Below are positions 58,407 through 64,000 of a DNA stretch of 64,000 bases, piece by piece. The notes beneath the pieces are model-generated. The model did not search any database. It had not been told where the DNA came from and was given only the letters and a program-made list of their open reading frames with translations. The stretch is taken from the NCBI GenBank assembly GCA_038230375.1, contig JBBRNJ010000047.1, forward strand, positions 1 through 64,000, in the 5' to 3' direction. Positions within the stretch are counted from its first letter, which is position 1. Each line of letters opens with the position of its first letter. The DNA comes from Polyangiales bacterium. Its GTDB lineage: Bacteria; Myxococcota_A; Polyangia; Polyangiales; Polyangiaceae. The position numbers and the translations under genes are program-made.

Positions 58407-58832
58407 ATGCGCGTGATGGTGTTCGTTCCCGGTGACAAGCGCTCGGAGGCCGGCGAGATGCCGACCGGAGACTTGCTCACGAAGATGATGAAGTTCAACG
58501 AGGAGCTGGTGAAGGCGGGCGTGATGCTCGATGGCGACGGACTCAAGCCCACGGCCAAGGCAAAGCGCGTGCGCTTCGAGGGCACGTCGCGCACGGTGAC
58601 CGATGGCCCGTTCGCGGAGACCAAGGAGCTCATCGCGGGCTACTGGATCTGGCAGGTGAAGTCGATGGACGAGGCGGTCGAGTGGCTGAAGCGCGCGCCG
58701 TTCGACGGCGGCGTGGAGGTCACGCTGCGGCCCATGGCGGAGCCCGAGGACTTCGGCGAGCAGCTCACGCCGGAGCTGCGCGAGAAGGAAGAAAAGCTCC
58801 GCGCAGAGGTCGGACGCCAACAGCGCTCATGA
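58407..58832 (+). CDS. YciI/DGPF-family protein
   Basis: DGPFAETKELIAGYW; SD AGGAG. Confidence 0.93.
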   Translation: MRVMVFVPGDKRSEAGEMPTGDLLTKMMKFNEELVKAGVMLDGDGLKPTAKAKRVRFEGTSRTVTDGPFAETKELIAGYWIWQVKSMDEAVEWLKRAPFDGGVEVTLRPMAEPEDFGEQLTPELREKEEKLRAEVGRQQRS

Positions 58833-60118
58833 CCGCGCAGGTCGGGGCCACGCGCGCGGCCATCGACGCCGTCTTCCGGATCGAGTCCGCCAGGTTGATC
58901 GGCGGACTCGTCCGCGTAGTGCGTGACGTCGCGCTCGCCGAGGATCTCGCGCAGAGCGCGATCGTCACGGCGATGGAGCGGTGGCCGGAGGAAGGGATCC
59001 CACAGAACCCGGGCGCGTGGCTCATGACCACGGCTAAAAACAGGGCGATCGACCATCTCCGACGGGAGAAGATGCGTGGTCGCGCGCATGACTCGATCGA
59101 CGAAGAAGGCGGCGCGCAGCTGGTCGCGAAAGGCCCCGACGTGGAGACGGCGCTAGACGAGGACGTGGGTGACGATCTGCTGCGGCTGGTGCTGGTCGCG
59201 TGTCACCCCGTGCTCTCGCGCGAGGCGCGCGTGGCGCTGACGCTCCGCCTGCTCGGTGGCCTCACGACCGACGAGATCGCTCGCGCATTCCTGGCGCCGG
59301 AGCCCACGATCGCCCAGCGAATCGTGCGCGCGAAGCGAACGCTCAGCGAGGCGCGCGTGCCGTTCGAGGTGCCGCGCGGCGCGGAGCTGACGTCGCGACT
59401 CACGTCGGTGCTGGAGGTCGTCTACCTGATCTTCAACGAGGGCTACTCCGCGACCAAGGGCGACGACTGGGCACGTCCCGCGCTCTGCGAAGAGGCGCTG
59501 CGTCTGGGTCGCATCCTTGCGGGTCTCGCGCCCGATGACCCCGAGGTGCACGGCCTGGTCGCGCTGATGGAGCTTCAGGCATCACGCCTTCGCGCGCGCG
59601 TGGGGCCGACAGGTGAGCCGATCTTGCTGCTCGAGCAGGATCGCGCACGCTGGGACCAGCTGCTCCTCAATCGAGGTCTTCACGCGCTCGCGCGGGCCGA
59701 GGCGCTGGGAGGGTCGCTGGGACGGGCGCTTGGGCCGTACGCGTTGCAGGCGGAGATCGCCGGGTGTCACGCGCGTGCCCGCACCGCGGAGCAGACGGAC
59801 TGGTCACGCATCGTCGCCGTCTACGATGCGCTCGTGGAGATCACGGGGTCGCCCGTCGTCGCGTTGAACCGCGCGGTGGCGGTGGGGATGGCGTTCGGTC
59901 CGGCAGAGGGACTCGAGCTCGTCGATGAGCTCGTCGATCTGCCGGCGCTCGCGGACTATCACCTCTTGCCGAGCGTGCGCGGCGATCTCCTGATGAAGCT
60001 GGGACGCCGAACAGAGGCGCGCGCGGAGCTCCTTCGCGCTGCAGGCATGACGGAGAACGCACGGGAGCGCGCGCTGCTCCTCGCGAAGGCGAATACGTGC
60101 GGCGCCGCTCCTTCCTGA
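58829..60118 (+). CDS. ECF sigma factor with TPR-like C-terminal extension (ECF42-type)
   Basis: LAEDLAQ, NPGAWLMTTAKNRAID, DDLLRL..CHP, YLIFNEGY, GPYALQAEIA, PVVALNRAVA; ATGA overlap with YciI. Confidence 0.93.
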   Translation: MTAQVGATRAAIDAVFRIESARLIGGLVRVVRDVALAEDLAQSAIVTAMERWPEEGIPQNPGAWLMTTAKNRAIDHLRREKMRGRAHDSIDEEGGAQLVAKGPDVETALDEDVGDDLLRLVLVACHPVLSREARVALTLRLLGGLTTDEIARAFLAPEPTIAQRIVRAKRTLSEARVPFEVPRGAELTSRLTSVLEVVYLIFNEGYSATKGDDWARPALCEEALRLGRILAGLAPDDPEVHGLVALMELQASRLRARVGPTGEPILLLEQDRARWDQLLLNRGLHALARAEALGGSLGRALGPYALQAEIAGCHARARTAEQTDWSRIVAVYDALVEITGSPVVALNRAVAVGMAFGPAEGLELVDELVDLPALADYHLLPSVRGDLLMKLGRRTEARAELLRAAGMTENARERALLLAKANTCGAAPS

Positions 60119-60133
60119 CGGGTAGAAGGGTGG

Positions 60134-61573
60134 GTGATGGAAGAGTCGCTGGACCCCAAGGACCCCGCCGAGTTTCGTGCGCTCGCGCAGCGCATGTTGA
60201 ACGAGATGCTCGATCATCTGTTCACGCTGCGGGATGGCCCAGCATGGCAGCCGATGCCCGACTCCGTGCGAGGCTCGTTCGGCGCACCCGTGCCGATGGC
60301 AGGGGTGGGCGCCGTGTCCGCGTACGAAGACTTCGTCCGCGACGTGCTGCCGTATCCGAACGGCAACCTTCATCCGCGCTTCTGGGGATGGGTGCAGGGC
60401 ACCGGCACGCCGCTCGCGATGATGGCCGACATGCTTGCGTCCGGCATGAATCCGCACCTTGCGGGCTTCAATCAGGCGCCGGCGCTGGTCGAGCAGCAGG
60501 TGATCTCGTGGCTCGTCGACGTCATGGGATTTCCGAGCGACGCGAGCGGGCTCCTGGTCAGCGGTGGGACCATGGCCAACACGCTCGCGCTCGCGGTCGC
60601 ACGCCACGCGAAGGCCGGCTTCGACGTGCGCGAAGAAGGCATGCAAGGCGCGCGGCCGCGGATGGTGTTCTATGGTTCGGCGGAGACCCATAGCTGGGCG
60701 AGCAAGGCTGCGGAGCTGCTGGGCCTTGGTCGCCGCTCGTTTCACAAGGTCGCCGTGGACCACGCCGGCCGCATCGACGTGGGCGCGCTCGCGGCGTGCA
60801 TCGCGGAGGACCGCGCGAACGGGCACAAGCCTTTCGCGGTCATCGGGACCGCCGGCACGGTGAACACGGGGCAGACGGACGATCTGCGCGCGCTGGCCGC
60901 GCTGTGCCGCAAGGAAGACCTGTGGTTCCACGTGGACGGAGCGTTCGGTGCGCTCGCGCGGCTCTCCGCGAACCTGCGGCCCATCGTGCAAGGGCTGGAG
61001 GAGGCGGACTCGCTCGGGTTCGATCTCCACAAGTGGATGTACATGCCGTTCGAGTCCGCGTGTGTCCTGGTGCGCGACGGCGCTGCGCATCGAGCGACGT
61101 TCGCGTCGAGCGCGCCGTACATCGCAGAGCAAGCGCGCGGCGTGATCGCAGGGGGCCTGCCGTTCGCGGACCTGGGGCTGGAGCTGACGCGGTCGTTCAA
61201 GGCTCTCAAGGTGTGGATGTCGCTGAAGGCGTACGGTGTCTCCACGTTCGCGCGTCTGATCGAGCAGAATGTGGAGCAGGCGCGTTACCTCGAGGGGCTG
61301 GTCGGCGCTCACGCGGAGCTCCAGCTCCTTGCGCCGGTCTGCCTCAACGTGGTCTGTTTTCGGTACGTGAAGCCCGGGCTGGACGCCGCCGCGTTGAATC
61401 GCCTGAACGAGGAGCTCCTGTGTCGCGTGCAGGAGAGCGGCGTTGCAGTCCCTTCGAGCACCGTGCTGGACGAGAAGTTCGCGCTGCGCGTGGCGATCGT
61501 GAATCACCGGAGCCGGCGCGAGGATTTCGACATGCTGGTGGACGCGGTCCTCCGCTTCGGGCGGGAGGCGTAG
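60134..61573 (+). CDS. PLP-dependent group II decarboxylase (aromatic-L-amino-acid/glutamate decarboxylase family)
   Basis: HPRFWGW, SGGTMAN, HVDGAFG, DLHKW (PLP lysine). Confidence 0.95.
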   Translation: MMEESLDPKDPAEFRALAQRMLNEMLDHLFTLRDGPAWQPMPDSVRGSFGAPVPMAGVGAVSAYEDFVRDVLPYPNGNLHPRFWGWVQGTGTPLAMMADMLASGMNPHLAGFNQAPALVEQQVISWLVDVMGFPSDASGLLVSGGTMANTLALAVARHAKAGFDVREEGMQGARPRMVFYGSAETHSWASKAAELLGLGRRSFHKVAVDHAGRIDVGALAACIAEDRANGHKPFAVIGTAGTVNTGQTDDLRALAALCRKEDLWFHVDGAFGALARLSANLRPIVQGLEEADSLGFDLHKWMYMPFESACVLVRDGAAHRATFASSAPYIAEQARGVIAGGLPFADLGLELTRSFKALKVWMSLKAYGVSTFARLIEQNVEQARYLEGLVGAHAELQLLAPVCLNVVCFRYVKPGLDAAALNRLNEELLCRVQESGVAVPSSTVLDEKFALRVAIVNHRSRREDFDMLVDAVLRFGREA

Positions 61574-62086
61574 GTGCGCCACACTGCATCTCTGGTAGCT
61601 ACGTTGGCCATCATCACTGGATGTTCGAAGCACGCGGACGCACCGATCCATCTCGAGCGCGGCGCGTCCACGCCAACCGCGGTATCGAACGACGCCGGAG
61701 CGCCTGATCCTGCGACGACGGCTGGTGCGGCGACTGGCGCCGGGACGCCCGATGCTGCGACGCCCGATGCTGCGACGACTGATGCTGCGACGATGGACGC
61801 CGGGACGGATGCGGGGAGCATACCGCTCCCAGACGAGCCGTGGTTCCACGACAAGCCCGAGGCCTACGAGGACTGCGTGGCGCCGCTCGTCAAGACCCCG
61901 ACTCCCCATCTGGCCCCCCCGTTCGAGCGCTGTGATCCGCGCTCGCAGGTCGTGAACCCGCAGGTCGGTGGCTCCGCGCATTTCCACTATCGCTCGTTCT
62001 CTGCGCAGCGAACGAACGCCCGGCGCGCCAGCAGCCCAGGAGTATGCTGCTACCTGATCTTCGAGTTTCCGCGCCACGGCCCCTGA
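61574..62086 (+). CDS. Hypothetical lipoprotein
   Basis: IITGC lipobox; DAAT repeats; C-terminal CCY. Confidence 0.7.
   Translation: MRHTASLVATLAIITGCSKHADAPIHLERGASTPTAVSNDAGAPDPATTAGAATGAGTPDAATPDAATTDAATMDAGTDAGSIPLPDEPWFHDKPEAYEDCVAPLVKTPTPHLAPPFERCDPRSQVVNPQVGGSAHFHYRSFSAQRTNARRASSPGVCCYLIFEFPRHGP
61745..61800 (+). repeat. 15-nt coding tandem repeat (GATGCTGCGACGnnn x3)
   Basis: Encodes PDAAT-PDAAT-TDAAT. Confidence 0.75.
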
Positions 62087-62290
62087 CTACGATTGCTTCG
62101 GGAGCTTGAAGTAGCGGATCTGTTTTGCGTCGCACTCCGGGCAGGTTGCGCGGGCGGCATGAATAGTGTCGTCGCCGAGTCGAACCTCACTCCATCGCAG
62201 CTCGATTGGTGTCGAGGACGAACGCGAGTGTTCGCAATCGCCTTTACCGGCGAAGTGCCGCGCCGCGGCGTCCTTCCGACTGATGGTCAC
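62087..62290 (-). CDS. Small hypothetical protein or C-terminal fragment with CxxC
   Basis: EVRLGDDTIHAARATCPECDAKQIRYFKL; N-terminus uncertain. Confidence 0.4.
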   Translation of the reverse strand: MTISRKDAAARHFAGKGDCEHSRSSSTPIELRWSEVRLGDDTIHAARATCPECDAKQIRYFKLPKQS

Positions 62291-62297
62291 GCTCGTC

Positions 62298-62375
62298 TCC
62301 GCGCGCGAACGCCGCGACGATGCCTCGCGCGTCGCTCACGCCCCCGGCTGCGATCACGGGCACCTTCACCGCGTC
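62298..62375 (-). pseudogene. 26-codon remnant of nitronate monooxygenase/FabK-type TIM-barrel flavoprotein
   Basis: Frame reads DAVKVPVIAAGGVSDARGIVAAFARG, the FMN phosphate-binding motif, with no start or continuation. Confidence 0.7.
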
Positions 62376-62391
62376 GAGTCAGCATACCGCG

Positions 62392-63282
62392 CTAGCCTGG
62401 TTTTTTGCCGCGCGCGGTGATCGTGAGCGCGACGCCGCTGAGGATCGCCATGCTCGCGCCAGCAAGGCGCGCGGACACGGTCTCGCCCAGCAACACGACG
62501 GCGCCGAGCGCGGCGAGCACGGGCACGAGCAGCTGAAGGACGGCGGCGCGCGTGGTCGTGAGGTGCCGGAGGGCGGCATACCAGACGCTGTAACCAACCC
62601 CCGACGCGAGCGCGCCGGACGTGGCGGCGAGCACGAGCCCGCGTGGCGACGCCTGCACCCCGCTGCCAGGCACCCCATCGGGTATTGCGAAGCGCGTCGC
62701 GACGATCACGAACACCGCGGCGGCCATGGGAGCCGCACGCGCGAAGCTCGCCGCAGTGGTCACGACGGGATCACCGGGCGACACGCGGCCGAGCAGCGAG
62801 TACCCGCCCCACGCAATGCCAGCGAGCGCCATGGTCGCCGCGCCGAGCGGATCCGGTGCGCTCTTTCCAGGGACGGTGAGCGTCACGAGTCCGGCGAGCG
62901 CGATGGCGATGCCGAGCCACGCGAGCGGCCGTGGTCGCTCGCCTTGGAGCACCCCCCATCCGATCATCGTGGCTTGCACCGACGCAAAGAGGATGAGCGC
63001 GCCGATCGCCGCGCCGAGGTTCAGATATGCGTACGAGAATGGCGCTGCATACGCGAACAGTGCGAGTGCGGAGAGCCACTTCGCGCGCGAAGTCCGCGTG
63101 TCGCTGGGACGTCCGCGAGAGAGGAGGGCAAGCACGAGCGCGCCGCTGGCGAGGCGCACCGCGGTGAACGTGGTCGCGTCGACGCTGCCGCCTGCGAGCG
63201 CGGGGCGGCAGAGCAGCGAGTTGCCCGCGAAGCAGGTGAGCGCGATCGCAGTGAGCGCGATGCCTCTCGGATCACTCGCCAA
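62392..63282 (-). CDS. DMT/EamA-family transporter
   Basis: FAGNSLLCR, FSYAYLNL, ALILFASVQ, GYSVWY, QLLVPVLAALG. Confidence 0.92.
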   Translation of the reverse strand: MASDPRGIALTAIALTCFAGNSLLCRPALAGGSVDATTFTAVRLASGALVLALLSRGRPSDTRTSRAKWLSALALFAYAAPFSYAYLNLGAAIGALILFASVQATMIGWGVLQGERPRPLAWLGIAIALAGLVTLTVPGKSAPDPLGAATMALAGIAWGGYSLLGRVSPGDPVVTTAASFARAAPMAAAVFVIVATRFAIPDGVPGSGVQASPRGLVLAATSGALASGVGYSVWYAALRHLTTTRAAVLQLLVPVLAALGAVVLLGETVSARLAGASMAILSGVALTITARGKKPG

Positions 63283-64000
63283 TGGTGTGCTCCGCGACGC
63301 TCACGCGCAGCTGCGCTTCGCCGGTCTGGCCCGTTGCGTCGCTCACGCTGACCTTCACGTTCAGCGGTTGGGCCAGGAACTTCGCGACGGGGACGCTTGC
63401 GTTGTCCAGCTGGAAGCGCAGACCGTAGAGCTTGCAAAACCCGCCTTGATCGCGCTCGAACGTGAACACGAAGCTGGTGGGCGGGACCTTGAGGCCCGTC
63501 CCCGGTTGCTATCCGGTGAGCGTCACGGTGGTGCCCGTCTGGCGAAGGTTCTTCATGCGCACGGCCACCCAGAGATGATGGCCGCCCTGAGGGCCCTTCT
63601 CGGGCACGAGCGTCTCGCCGTCGTGTACGGCGACGAAATCCGTGGAGCCCGTTCCCATCTCCACCACTGGTGCGCCGGCCTCCGCGGGCTTGCAGAAATC
63701 CGGACGGACACTTGCCCAGCCTGCGGTCCAGGGCTCCAGGTCGTCCGCGATCAGCGCGGGGTCGATGCAGCGGCTGCTCATGCAGGTCTGATGAGGCGGG
63801 CACGCGGGGCCCTTGAAGCCCGGTACGCCGGTCACGCATCCCGACTCCAGTTGCAGGCGCGCGAGCTTGGGTCCTCCCGGTGCAAAGGGCGCGACCACGC
63901 GGCGCACGAGCATGGGCTTGTCGGCGATGGTGCCGTTCGGTCCCGCGCGAAACGCCTCGATCGTGACGTCTGCCTGCGCGCCGGCAGCAGCCTGGAGCGT
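63272..64000 (-). CDS. Hypothetical protein (5'-truncated by window edge) interrupted by in-frame TAG at 63509-63511
   Basis: GPQGGHHLWVAVRMKNLRQTGTTVTLTG*QPGTGLKVPPTSFVFTFERDQGGFCKLYGLRFQLD; ORFs 63509..63913 and 63272..63469 share one frame. Confidence 0.75.

Noticed and set aside
1..64000. Genome-wide TAG recoding or pyrrolysine use
   Set aside because: Many clear genes (HEPN, LysR, SRPBCC, lectin, decarboxylase) end in TAG at their expected C-termini, and no pyl genes are present

Overview
High-GC (about 68-70% by eye) bacterial DNA with a strong Myxococcota (Polyangiales-like) signature: Cys-rich and 'DAG'-spacer lipoproteins, a PEGA-like protein, a TPR-protein/Ser-Thr kinase/Cys-rich lipoprotein operon, five histidine kinases and two ECF sigma factors. 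The taxonomy is inferred from gene style only. The window is an accessory-type region of about 60 CDS; the only core-like genes are smpB and an RNB-family nuclease. I found no rRNA, tRNA, tmRNA, CRISPR array, integrase or transposase. Main observations: (1) a complete four-segment leader-peptide transcription attenuator (promoter, 41-aa uORF, anti-antiterminator, antiterminator, terminator) directly upstream of an unusual aldo/keto-reductase + leucine-rich-repeat fusion gene (17804-20460); (2) a 1-9.2 kb island bracketed by two ~94%-identical copies of an LRR-like gene, containing a frameshifted putative RNase toxin, an MNT-HEPN toxin-antitoxin pair and two homologous structured non-coding elements; (3) an ETR1-like ethylene-binding-domain histidine kinase with its response regulator; (4) an ECF42-type sigma factor with two matching promoters 8 kb apart; (5) a putative caspase-fold protease coupled to an exported partner; (6) many signs of erosion or assembly error: an in-frame MFS/NTT-HEAT chimera, tiny gene remnants, and two genes split by a single in-frame TAG; (7) frequent TAnnnT-N5-7-start-codon architecture suggesting leaderless mRNAs.
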